Positions 1-10,300 of a stretch of DNA of 64,000 nt are shown here, piece by piece (position 1 is the stretch's first letter; each line of letters starts with the position of its first letter). Location of the stretch: NCBI RefSeq assembly GCF_049274795.1, contig NZ_JBASTH010000100.1, forward strand, positions 31,719 to 95,718, in the 5' to 3' direction. The notes beneath the pieces are model-generated. The model was not told where the DNA came from and ran no database searches. It saw only the letters and a program-made list of their open reading frames with translations. The position numbers and the translations under genes were made by a program. This stretch comes from Aquabacterium sp. GTDB lineage: Bacteria > Pseudomonadota > Gammaproteobacteria > Burkholderiales > Burkholderiaceae_C.

Positions 1-361
1 ACTCCTTGATGGCGACCTTGGTGTTGAGGTTGACGTCGGTGGCCAGGTAGGTGATGCCGAAGCCGCCCTGCCCCAGCACGCGGTCGATGCGGTATTCGTG
101 CAGGCGAAAGCCGGGCGGCAAGGCCAGGGCCGTGCCGGTCTTGGGCTTGAAGGGGCGCAGCGCGGTGGGCGGCGGCACGGGCACGGTACGTACTGGCGCC
201 TGTGCAGCTGGTATTGGTGGCCGAGGGATCGTCGGGGCCTTGACCACCGTTTTCTCGGGGTCGTCCTCAGGCGCGCGCTCCGGCACACGCGGCGTGCCGA
301 TCACGCGCGTGATGTCATCGTCCAGCGCAGGGCTTGTGCCCTGCCCGCCAGACGCGCTCAT
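1..361 (-). CDS. Ser/Thr protein kinase, N-terminal part (gene continues past the window start)
   Basis: Reverse-strand translation from the ATG at 361..359 reads MSASGGQGTSPALDDDITRVIGTP...FRLHEYRIDRVLGQGGFGITYLATDVNLNTKVAIKE. It contains the kinase glycine loop (GQGGFG) and the VAIK lysine motif. It is absent from the ORF track because it is open at the window edge. Confidence 0.7.
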   Translation of the reverse strand, partial: MSASGGQGTSPALDDDITRVIGTPRVPERAPEDDPEKTVVKAPTIPRPPIPAAQAPVRTVPVPPPTALRPFKPKTGTALALPPGFRLHEYRIDRVLGQGGFGITYLATDVNLNTKVAIKE

Positions 362-462
362 CTCTCACCGAGCCCGAAGGTGCTTGCCATGAGGGCACAG
401 TATGCAGACTGCGCCCCTCGCGCAAGCGCAGAAACGCCCGGTAATTCCGGGAAAAATCCCGC

Positions 463-1596
463 TCAGGCGGCCTCGGCTGCCGTCCCCGTGGGGCTGAGCG
501 TTGGACCGCTGTCACAGGCAGCGCCGCAGCCGGTCTGGACGCCTTCACGGCTCAGCATGATCTTCGCGCCGGGCAGGCCACGGTGCACCTCGGCCTCGCC
601 GTGCTGGGCCAGCAGCGCCATCAGCTTCTTGCGGATCAGCATGCCGGGGCGGTCGCTGTCCATCGAGAACTCGATGCCGCGGCGGCGCACGTCCACCAGC
701 GCATCGGGGTCGGTGGATTCGAGGATGTCCTTGTCCTCGCGCGTGATCACTTCGTCGAAGTCGATCAGCAGTTGGGCCGGGCAGTTTTCTTCCGTGTCGT
801 TGCGGAACAGCCATTGGCACAGTTGGATCGAGCCATCGTCAATGGGCGTGAAGCAGTTGATGATGATGTGGCGCACGCCACCGGGGTACTCGATGTCCAG
901 CCGGCGCGAGAAGGGCTGGAAGTAGGCATTGCGCATGTGGCGCGTGGTGATCGGGTCGGTCACGCCGCTGACGCGCTGGTACTGGGGCGGGTTGGCCGCG
1001 TCGATCACGGTTTCCGCATAGAAGCCGGTGTCGTTCTCGACCAGCTCGTACTTGCTGGGCTTGGGCTGGGCGGCCACGCCGAAGGTAGCGCGGTGCACGA
1101 AGCTGAAGTGCGAGTTGTCGAAGGAGTTTTCCAAAGCGCGCAGCGGGCTGGTCTCCCAGCGCTCGTAGAACTGGAAGATGGTGCGCCAGCCAGGCGCTTC
1201 GAACTCCGGGATCTCGGGGATGTCGGTGACGGGATCCTCCAGCGCCACCCAGGCGTAGCCATAGCGAGCGACGCAGTGGTAGGCCGTGGTCTTGAAGTCA
1301 GGCAGGATACGGCGGCCTTCCTCGTACTGGGGGATCTCGACGACGCGGCCGGTGCGGTCGTAGACCCAGCCGTGGTAGCCGCACTGCAGGCGCCCCTTGT
1401 TGCACCAGCCCTTGGAGAGCTTGGCCGTGCGATGGCAGCAGCGATCCCTGAGGGCGGCGGGCTGGCCGTGCTCGTCCAGGAACAGGACGATGTTCTCACC
1501 AAGCAGGGTGAAGGGCTGGGGCCTGTCGGCCAGTTGGCTGAGCGGGATCACGGCGTGCCAGAAACGCCGGAAGATGGGCTGTTGGGTGGTGAGCAT
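463..1596 (-). CDS. Rieske [2Fe-2S] non-haem-iron oxygenase (alpha-subunit-like)
   Basis: The ORF 463..1683 contains the Rieske motif CCHRTAKLSKGWCNKGRLQCGYHGW (C-x-H ... C-x-x-H). I prefer the ATG at 1596 (MLTTQQPIFRRFWH) because GAGGAG lies about 6 nt upstream. Confidence 0.8.
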   Translation of the reverse strand: MLTTQQPIFRRFWHAVIPLSQLADRPQPFTLLGENIVLFLDEHGQPAALRDRCCHRTAKLSKGWCNKGRLQCGYHGWVYDRTGRVVEIPQYEEGRRILPDFKTTAYHCVARYGYAWVALEDPVTDIPEIPEFEAPGWRTIFQFYERWETSPLRALENSFDNSHFSFVHRATFGVAAQPKPSKYELVENDTGFYAETVIDAANPPQYQRVSGVTDPITTRHMRNAYFQPFSRRLDIEYPGGVRHIIINCFTPIDDGSIQLCQWLFRNDTEENCPAQLLIDFDEVITREDKDILESTDPDALVDVRRRGIEFSMDSDRPGMLIRKKLMALLAQHGEAEVHRGLPGAKIMLSREGVQTGCGAACDSGPTLSPTGTAAEAA

Positions 1597-1880
1597 GAGC
1601 AGGCTCCTCGTTGAAGCGCCTTGGGGCTGGGCGCCGCGGTTGAACACGAGGGAGCAATTTCCTGGCCGGGCCCTGCCGATCATGGATGGCTGGGGGCTGC
1701 TTGAACGCTTCTACTCCGCGCCAGCATTGTCGCAAGCTTCATGCCGACTGTCCAGATGACGCGCGGCATGGCAGAGCACCATGCTGGGGCATGACGCGCC
1801 CTCAACCCGCCCGCAGCCCACCCTTACACTGGCGCCTTGCAGTTCCACCACAACCGCGTCCACTTGACGCCTAGGCCCCG

Positions 1881-2732
1881 ATGAGCTGGCACGGCCACCT
1901 GACCCTGGACTACCGCCGCGACGGCGAACGCACCACCGCCCATGACCGCCACGACGGCCCCCTTCGGGTGCTGCAACGGCTGTACCCGGAAGGCCCGGGC
2001 ATCTGCCACCACGTGCTGGTGCACCCGCCCGGCGGCATCGTGGGCGGCGACGTGCTGGATGTGCAGGCCACGCTGGAGGCCGGCAGCCATGCCCTGATCA
2101 CCACCCCGGGCGCCACGCGCTTCTACAAGAGCGCCGGCCCCGAGGCCCTGCAATCCGTGACGGCGCGGGTGGCCGACGGTGCCCGGCTGGAGTGGCTGCC
2201 GCTGGAAACCATCGCCTACCGCACCTGCCGCGCACGCAACGAGATGCGCTTCGAGCTGGCGCCCGGCGCGGAAATGATGGGCTGGGACGTGCTGGCGCTG
2301 GGGCTGCCCGCGGCCGGCGAAGCCTTCGACAATGACCCGGGCGGCACGGGCTTCTACACCCAGCGCATCGATTTGCCCGGCGTGTGGCTGGAACAGGGCA
2401 CCGTGCGCAGCACCGACCGCCTGCTGCTGGACAGCCCGCTGGGCTGGGCCGGGCACCGGGTGATGGGCACGCTGTGGTTTGCAGCGGGGCAGGCATTGCC
2501 ACGTGAACGACGCGAGGCCTTGCTGGACACGGCCCGCGCCCTGATCGACGGCATCGATCCATCGTTGGGCACGGTACGCGCTGGCGCCACCAGCCCGCAT
2601 GAGCCCGTGGTGGTGCGCGCGCTGGCGGATCGGGTCGAGCCCTTGATGCGCCTGCTGTCGGGCATCTGGGCCGCATGGCGACCACTGGCCTGGGATCTGC
2701 CGCCCGCCACGCCCCGCATCTGGCGAACCTGA
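1881..2732 (+). CDS. ureD: urease accessory protein UreD
   Basis: The 283-aa product (MSWHGHLTLDYRRDGERTTAHDRHDGPLRVLQRLYPEG...HHVLVHPPGGIVGGD...ITTPGATRFYKS) matches the UreD/UreH family pattern. Confidence 0.8.
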   Translation: MSWHGHLTLDYRRDGERTTAHDRHDGPLRVLQRLYPEGPGICHHVLVHPPGGIVGGDVLDVQATLEAGSHALITTPGATRFYKSAGPEALQSVTARVADGARLEWLPLETIAYRTCRARNEMRFELAPGAEMMGWDVLALGLPAAGEAFDNDPGGTGFYTQRIDLPGVWLEQGTVRSTDRLLLDSPLGWAGHRVMGTLWFAAGQALPRERREALLDTARALIDGIDPSLGTVRAGATSPHEPVVVRALADRVEPLMRLLSGIWAAWRPLAWDLPPATPRIWRT

Positions 2733-2760
2733 CGGGGCTATCGCCAGGCTGGCAGCCGGC

Positions 2761-4311
2761 TCAGGCCATGCTGTGCAGCACCTTCCAGTCCAGCGACTGC
2801 ACCTGGTTGCGGCCGGCCTCCTTGGCGGCGTACAGGCCCTGGTCGGCACGCTCGATGAGCTGCAGCAGGTTCTGGGTATCACCCAGCCCAAGCTGCGATA
2901 CCCCGAAGCTGGAGGTGATGCGCAGATTGGGCACGGTGTCGATGGAGGATCCGGCCTCCATCTCGATGGCGTAGCGGATGGCCTCGGCCACGTCGGCCGC
3001 CTGCTCCAGGTTGAAGCCGGGCAGCAGCACGCAGAACTCCTCGCCCCCGAAGCGGCACAGCACATCCTGCGTGCGCATGGCGCGCTTGAGCAGGCGCGAG
3101 ACCTGCTGGATCACCAGATCACCCACGGCGTGGCCATAGGTGTCGTTGAAGTTCTTGAACTTGTCGATGTCGGTCATCAGGCAGGTCAGCGGCTCACCAC
3201 TGGACTGCGCATGCGCCATCAGGCCCTCAGCCCGCGCGAAGAAGGCGCGGCGGTTGAAGCAACCCGTCATCGGATCGCAGTTGGCCAGCATGGTCAGCTC
3301 TTCATTCTGCTTCTGGATCTGGTCACGCGAGGTTTCCAGCTCGGCCAGGGCCGCGCGCAGCTTGGCATTGGCGCGGTCCAGCGCAGTGATGTCGTCCAGG
3401 GTGACCAGGCAGCCGCGCGCGTTGCCGGTGGCATCGCGGATGGCGGCGCAGTTGAGCAAGGCGCGGCGCGGCTCGCCGATGGTGTCGGTCAGGTCCACAT
3501 GCACGCCCAGGATGGGCTCGCTCATGTTGAGCACGCGCTTCCAGGGCGGGATGTCGGATTCGTCGCGCAGGCCCTGGATCAGCCATTCCATCTGGTCGAT
3601 GGAACGCCCCAGCAGCACGGCGCTGGCCTGCGGGTGGAAGCTGCGGAAGGCTGAGTTGGCCAACAGGATCTGACCATCCAGATCGAGCACCAGCAGGCCT
3701 TCTGTCAAGGTGTCGAAGGCCACCCGCACGCGCTCTGGGATGGCCTTGGAGGGATCCAGGTGCTGCAGTACCCGCCGCAGGTACAGGTAGAAGGCGATGA
3801 AGCTGACGGTGCTCAGGATGGCAACGAGCTGAACCGTAGGCTGCATCAGCCAGCCGGTCACCGTCTTGGGCCAGGGGGAGTCAAAGCCCACTTCGAGCTG
3901 GCCCCAGCGGCCATTGTTGGTGTTGAGCGGCACCACCACGCTGGTGATGGTCGACAGCCCCATGGAGGGTGGCTGCCAGTGCTGCTCATGCTGAGGCGTG
4001 GCCACGACCAGGGTGCCGTCTTCCCGGCGGATGGCCACGGTCTGCACGTCGGCAGAGTGCTCGACCAGATCGGTGAACATTGGCTGGATCAGCGGCAGCG
4101 ACTGCGGCTCGCGCAGCATGCGCTTGACTTGCAGCGCCAGGTGCACAGCCACCTGCTCGCGCACCGTCTGCGTCATGGTGCGCTGATCGGGCAGCAGCTT
4201 GAACACCAGGTCCAGCACCATCAGCAGGCCCACCAGCAACGACACCAGCCCCATGCTGATGCGCGCCGTCGGGCTGAGCGACCAGCGCCGGAGCTTGTCC
4301 TTGAGCTTCAT
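2761..4311 (-). CDS. membrane-anchored PAS / GGDEF diguanylate cyclase
   Basis: It has two hydrophobic segments (LVSLLVGLLMVLDLVF and VQLVAILSTVSFIAFYLYL), a PAS-like middle region and a C-terminal GGDEF domain with an intact RFGGEEF active-site motif. Its ATG overlaps the stop of the upstream giant gene (ATGA at 4308-4311). Confidence 0.85.
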   Translation of the reverse strand: MKLKDKLRRWSLSPTARISMGLVSLLVGLLMVLDLVFKLLPDQRTMTQTVREQVAVHLALQVKRMLREPQSLPLIQPMFTDLVEHSADVQTVAIRREDGTLVVATPQHEQHWQPPSMGLSTITSVVVPLNTNNGRWGQLEVGFDSPWPKTVTGWLMQPTVQLVAILSTVSFIAFYLYLRRVLQHLDPSKAIPERVRVAFDTLTEGLLVLDLDGQILLANSAFRSFHPQASAVLLGRSIDQMEWLIQGLRDESDIPPWKRVLNMSEPILGVHVDLTDTIGEPRRALLNCAAIRDATGNARGCLVTLDDITALDRANAKLRAALAELETSRDQIQKQNEELTMLANCDPMTGCFNRRAFFARAEGLMAHAQSSGEPLTCLMTDIDKFKNFNDTYGHAVGDLVIQQVSRLLKRAMRTQDVLCRFGGEEFCVLLPGFNLEQAADVAEAIRYAIEMEAGSSIDTVPNLRITSSFGVSQLGLGDTQNLLQLIERADQGLYAAKEAGRNQVQSLDWKVLHSMA

Positions 4312-7300
4312 CCAATCCCTTCCGTCTCACCCTTCAACACATCGACGGAGCTGAACAAATCGGCCGCCTGTGCTTCCATGACGCTTTGCTCGTCGGTGAC
4401 CTGGCCTCTGTCAAGTCCATTGCTCCCATCGCCATCGCCGTCGGCGTCGGGCGGCACCGGCCCACCCATCACCGGCATCGGGTCGATGGTGCGCCAGGCA
4501 GGCACGGTGACCATCATGCTGGTCATCAGGCCGGCCGCCCGGGCAGTCCACCACACCGCGCCCACCGACAATGCCACACTCGAGCCCTGCATGACCGGAG
4601 AATCAAGCACCACCAAACGGGATTCCTCCACGGATTGCGCATTGAACGGAATCCGTGTAGGGAAAGTGCCCCCCTGCATACCCGGAATGGGCTGCAGCTG
4701 CAGGGTAAGGCGCCCCCTGTCCTTTAGGTCCAGGTTCAGGCGCTCGAGCAACTGCAACAGCGTCGAGCCGTTGGTGGGAGCATCGAAGGGCGGGCGCATG
4801 TTCAGCCCGATCTGGAAATCCAGGGCGGGGGCTGCGGGCAGGCCATCTGCGGCGAACGGCCCGGCCGCCGCAGGCAGCATCAGCCCCAAACCCGTGGGAA
4901 GGGCCGAAGGCAAGGCGGCCGGCAATGGCGACAGCGCCTCGCTGGCCAGGGCTGTGGCCACATCGCTCTCTCCGTCGGTGGGTGCATCGCCCGTCCCGCC
5001 CTCCCGCGCTTGGCCGGTTGATGTCGGCACACGCTCCGTAGCGCTCAACAGTGCGGAAACGGTGTCGGCCGCCATAGGAGGCGACAGCAGGCTGAAGGTG
5101 GCCACCGTAGGCGTTAATGGAGTCAATGGAGTCAATGGAGCCAGCCCTGACGAGGCTGCCGGAAGAACAGGCAAAAACCCCGGGGCGGGTGAAGGGGCCT
5201 GAGGCACGGGCTCTTCAGGTTCTGGCTGGGGCCCTGGCTGGCTCACGCTCAGGGCCACCAGCTTCTGTGCGCTGTCGCTCTGGCCATCGCTGACGACATA
5301 GGCCCAGTCATCCTGACCGGAGAAGCCTGCATCGGCCTGGTAGCGCAGCACGCCGGCCTGGTCCAGGCTGAGCTGGCCGTGGCGCGGCCCCTGCACGACA
5401 CGGATGCTCAAGGTGTCGCCTTCAACGTCTGCAGCCTGGGCGGTCAGCTCGCTCAAGGTCCACTGCGCCTGTGGGCCTATCGCCAGGTTCAGAACGCCAG
5501 CGGTCATCGCAGGCGCGTCGTTGACTGCGTTGATCTGCAGTTGCACCGTGGCGGCCTGGCTGTCGAGCAGGCCGTCACTGGCCACGTAGGTGAAGGCGTC
5601 GTTGCCATGGTAGTCGGCATCAGGCCGGTAGCTCCAGCTGCCATCGACCTCGATGTTCAAGGTGCCATGGGCCGGCCCTTGCAGCAGCCTCATCGACAGC
5701 GCGGGGCTGTCCACATCCACGTCATTGCCCAGCAGATCCAGGCGGGTGCCGAAGAGCGTGGCGTCCTCGTCCAGCACGAAGCGGTCATTCACGGCCACGG
5801 GGGCTTCGTTGACGTTGTCCACGCGCACCACCAGGTCACGCCAGGTGCTCAACTGCCCGTCGCTCACCTGGACACGCACCTCGTAGAGGTTATCGCCATC
5901 GGCATCCATCGGCGTTTCATGGTCAGGCGCACTGGCAAAGGACAGCACGCCGGTATCGGCATCAATGCGCAGCCACGAGGCATCCGCGCCACCGGTGAGG
6001 CTGAAGCTCAAGGCCCCGCCCGGGGGCAGATCCGGATCGGTTGCGGTGATTTGGCCCACCAGCGTGCTGTTCTCGTTCACGCTGAACAGCGCCCCGCCCG
6101 TGAACACCGGCGCGGTGTCGTTGAGATCGCTCACACGCACAGACAGTTGCCGCAAGGTCGTGAAAACGCCATCGCTCACCTGCACGGTCAGCTCATAGAC
6201 ATTGTCTGCATCGGCGTCGAGCGGCGCCTCGTGGTCCGGCGCAGAGGCAAAGCGCAAGGCGCCCGTGGCAGCATCGACCATGAAACTGGCCGCATCCTGC
6301 CCCGCCACCAGGCCGTAGACCAAGCCACCCACCGGAGGCGTGGCATCAGCATCGACTGCACTGAGCACGGTCACGGCCTGGGTGTTCTCTGCCACGACAA
6401 AGGCGGCGCCCCCTGTGAACACTGGGGCCTGGTCATTGGCATCCAGCACCCGCAACAGCAGGTTTTGCTGGGTGCTCAGCAGGCCATCGCTCACCAGCAC
6501 GCTCACTTCATAGAGGTTGTCCTGGTCGGCATCCAGGGGCTGCTCATGGTCCGGCGCCTGCAGGAAACGCAGTTCACCCGTGTCCGTGTCGATCGAGAAC
6601 AGCGCAGCATCGGCACCGCCCTGCAGGCTGAAGCTCAGTCGCTGCACCGGCACATCCAGATCCTGCGCCGTGACCTGCAGCACCGTGGCGCTGTTCTCGG
6701 TCACGTCCACCGCGCTGGCGCTGGTGATGCTGGGGGCATGCAGGTTGCTGGGCAGCACGGCCACGGACAGAAGCTGGCTGTCGGTGAATTGCCCGTCCGA
6801 CACGCTCACCTGCACCTGGTAGATGTTGTCGCCATTGCTGTCCAACGGCACGGCCCACACGGGTGGGGCCAGGAAGCGCAAGGCACCAGTGCCTGCGTCG
6901 ATGGTGAAGAGCAGCGCGTCATCACCACCGGAGATGCTGTAGTTCAAGACCGCAGCGGGCCGATCGGCATCCACCGCTGTCACCGTGGTCACGTCCAGTC
7001 CCAGTTGCACGACATTGACATGGCCCGTGGCACCGCCGCCCTGGCTGGTGATCACAGGCGCGTATTCATTGACACCCAGCACCGTGATGCTCAGTTGCTG
7101 AGCATCTGCCCCACCCACGCCATCACTGACACCGACGATGACCTCGTACACCGCATCCGCGTCAGCATCCGTCGGGTTCTCCCGATCCGGCGGGGCGACG
7201 AAGCGCAGCACGCCCGTGGTGGCGTCGATCGTGAAGCGAGCCGCATCGGCGCCACCGGTGATGGCATAGCTCAGTGTCTGCAAGGGTTCGTCCGCGTCCT

Positions 7301-10300
7301 GCGCCGTGACGGCGGTGACCACGCTGCTGCCTTCGGCCACCGACAGGCTGGCCGTGGCACCTCCACCACCAGACGTGATCTGCGGCTGCGCGTTGGTGAA
7401 GGACACCTGCAAGGCATTGGAAAACTCGCTGGTGCCGAGGAAATCACCGGCCAGGGTGACCGTGGCCGTGACCCATTCGCCGTCCAGCACGCCGGCCAGG
7501 TTGTTCACATTGAAACTGGCCGTACCCGCCACCGGGGTGACCAGGGTCGAGCCCAGGTAGCGCTGCCCTTGCCCGCCCGTGCCACCGCTGGCATAGAACT
7601 CCACCCGGGCCACACCCAGGACCAGGGCCGACACCTGCACCTGCCCGCTCACCACGGTGACCGTGCCGTTGCTCACAGCGGTGAGCAGCATCGGTGTGTT
7701 GTTGAGAAAGTTGGGGCCGCTGTCCAGATCGCCCGCGTCATTGGCCGTGGGGCCATCCAGCCCCAGATCGATGCCCGGGGCCCCATTGCCGTACAGGCTG
7801 TTGCCCAGGAAACTGCCCCCCACACCGCTGAGCATGCCGATGCCCGCACCGCCATTGCCTGCGATGACATTGCCTTCGCCCGGGTTGACACCGCCCACCA
7901 TCACGTTCGATGCGGCCACCAGCACACCCTGCGTGCCGTTGCCGCGCAGCACGGCACCGCTGCGGTCGGTGCCGATCAGATTGCCCTGCACCACATGCTG
8001 AGCCAGCGACACCGCCGACACATAGAAGGCCACGCCAGCCCCGGCATTGCCTGACAGCACATTGCCGGCACCTACGTCGCCGCCACCGACCAGCGATGCC
8101 CCCAGTGTGCGGATCTCCACGCCGTTACCGCCGTTGGCCAGCGCTGCACTGCCTGAAGCATCCAGCCCCGCCACATTGCCCTGCAGCACCGTGCGCTGGT
8201 TGGCGGCCAGCACACCACCCAGCGTGTTGCCGGAGATCAGATTGCCCTCGCCCACGCCTGTTCCACCGATCGTGGCCGTGCCCAGCCCCGCCAGGGCCAC
8301 CCCCCAGCCATTGGCCACGCTCACCATGCCGGCGGCATCCGTCCCGATGTAGTTGCCCAGCACGCGCGTCCCTGCGGTCAACCCATCGAGGTAGATGCCG
8401 CGCTCCGCGTTGCCACCGATCAGATTGCGCTCGGACAGCGTCGCGCCGCCGATGCGCACCTGGTTGCCCCAGGACTCGATGCCGTCGGACAGGTTGCGCT
8501 TGCCTGCGCCCGCATCACTGCCATCCGCATTGAACGAGCCGAGGTAGTTGCCTGTGATGACGTGGTTGTCCGAGCCCGCGTCGATGTGGATCGCATCGCC
8601 ATTGAAGCCCCTGATCACCAAACCACGCACCGTGCTGCCATCGGCCGTGGCGCCCAGCGTGATGCCGTTGCCCGTGACGCCGTTGCCATCCAGAACGATC
8701 AAGGGGTGGCTGCCGGTTCCAGGCTGGCTCAGGCCATCGATCACCACGGCCTGCGTGATGGTCGGCAGTGCACTGCCCAGCACGATCGTGTATTCACCCA
8801 GGCTGCCGGCCGTCCCGGTGAAGGCGAAGCGGATCGTGTCCACACCCGGCGTGTTGTTCGCCGCGATCAGGGCTTCGCGCAGCGATACCGCACCATCCGT
8901 ACCCATCTGTGCATTGAGTTGTTCGATCGTGAAACTGTTACCCAGGCCGGTGTCATTGGTGTCGGCCGTGGTGCTCACCACGAGTTGCGACGAGGCATCG
9001 AGCACCCGCACCGTGATGGCCTGCTCGTCATGCCAGGTGCCATCGCTGACACGGACGATCAGTTCATAGGCATTGTCGCCATCGGCATCGACTGGCAACT
9101 CGTAATCCGGTGGGAGCACAAAGCGCACGGCGCCCGTCGCCGCATCGATCACGAAACGGGCAGAATCGACACCGCCGCTGATGCTGTAGACCAGCGGGGT
9201 TGAGGGCAGATCGGCATCGACCGCCGTGACCGTGGTCACCGTGGTGAGCGTCTCCATGATGCTCACGGTGGCCGCGGCCCCGCCGCCCAGGCTGGTGATG
9301 CGCGGCACCTCGTCGTTCACGCCCGTCACCGTGACGGCAATGGCCTGCGTGTCGATGGCCGATCCATCGCTGACCTGAACGATCACGTCATAGACGTTGT
9401 CCGCGCCCACATCCTGCGGGGCATCATGGTCCGGCGGCACCAGAAATCGCAGCACACCCGTAACGGCATCGATGGCAAAACGCGCGGCATCTGCCCCACC
9501 GGCCAGGCTGTAGCTCAACTGGCCAGCGCCCAGATCGGCGTCCGTGGCGGTGATGGTGATGACCTGGGTGTTGTTCTCGGCCATGGACACGACCGCGCTG
9601 GCGCCGCCCCCCAGGCTGGTGATGATGGGCGCTTGGTTGCCCGCCAGGATCTGGCGCTGGAAGAACACGCCGGTGGAGATGCCCGTGTCCGTGCCCGTCC
9701 ACACCACGACGGCCTGGGCGCCCTGGCTGGCCACGCTGGGCCGCACCTGATCGCCGGCCGTGGTGGTGTTGACGCGTACCTCGGGATCGCCCAAGGTGCC
9801 ATCGGTCAGGATCTCGCGCCAGTAGATGCCGGCCCCTGAGCCGTCCTGCCCCTGGCTCTGCCAGGCCACGACCGCCCGCCCGCTGCTGTCCATCGACACG
9901 CTAGGCGCCGTCTGTGCATCGGCCGTGGTGGTGTTGAGCTTGAACTCGGCACCCAGCGCTGCACCACTGCCCACGGAGAACCAGCGCCCGAAGATGTCGC
10001 TGCTGCCATCCTGCGTGCTGGTCCATGCCAGCAAGGCGCGGCCATTGCCGTCCACGGCCAGGCTCGATTCCGATTGCGTGCCCACGCTGCCTTGCGGCAC
10101 CGTGACCGGGCTGCCGATCGCCGCACGGCTGCTGTCGTAGAACTGCGCGAACACCCCGTCGCCACCACCCGTCCAGCTCAGCACCGTGCCGGAAGGACTC
10201 ATGGCCACGGCCACCTGGCTGGCCACAGCGCCCGCATTGATCACCTGCGAACCCAGCAGCGTGCCGGCACTGTCCAGCCAGGCCAGCACCACGTTGTTGC

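Noticed and set aside
583-3065. ORFs 583-1614 (+) and 1824-3065 (-)
   Set aside because: They overlap the Rieske oxygenase, ureD and GGDEF genes on the opposite strand. No motifs were found, and the opposite-strand products have clear family signatures.
5379-8054. An 891-aa plus-strand ORF inside the cadherin gene (and similar ORFs at 3760-5202, 8562-9203 and 9901-10797)
   Set aside because: It is antisense or off-frame to a gene with repeated, recognisable cadherin-like domains. The composition is typical of high-GC shadow ORFs.
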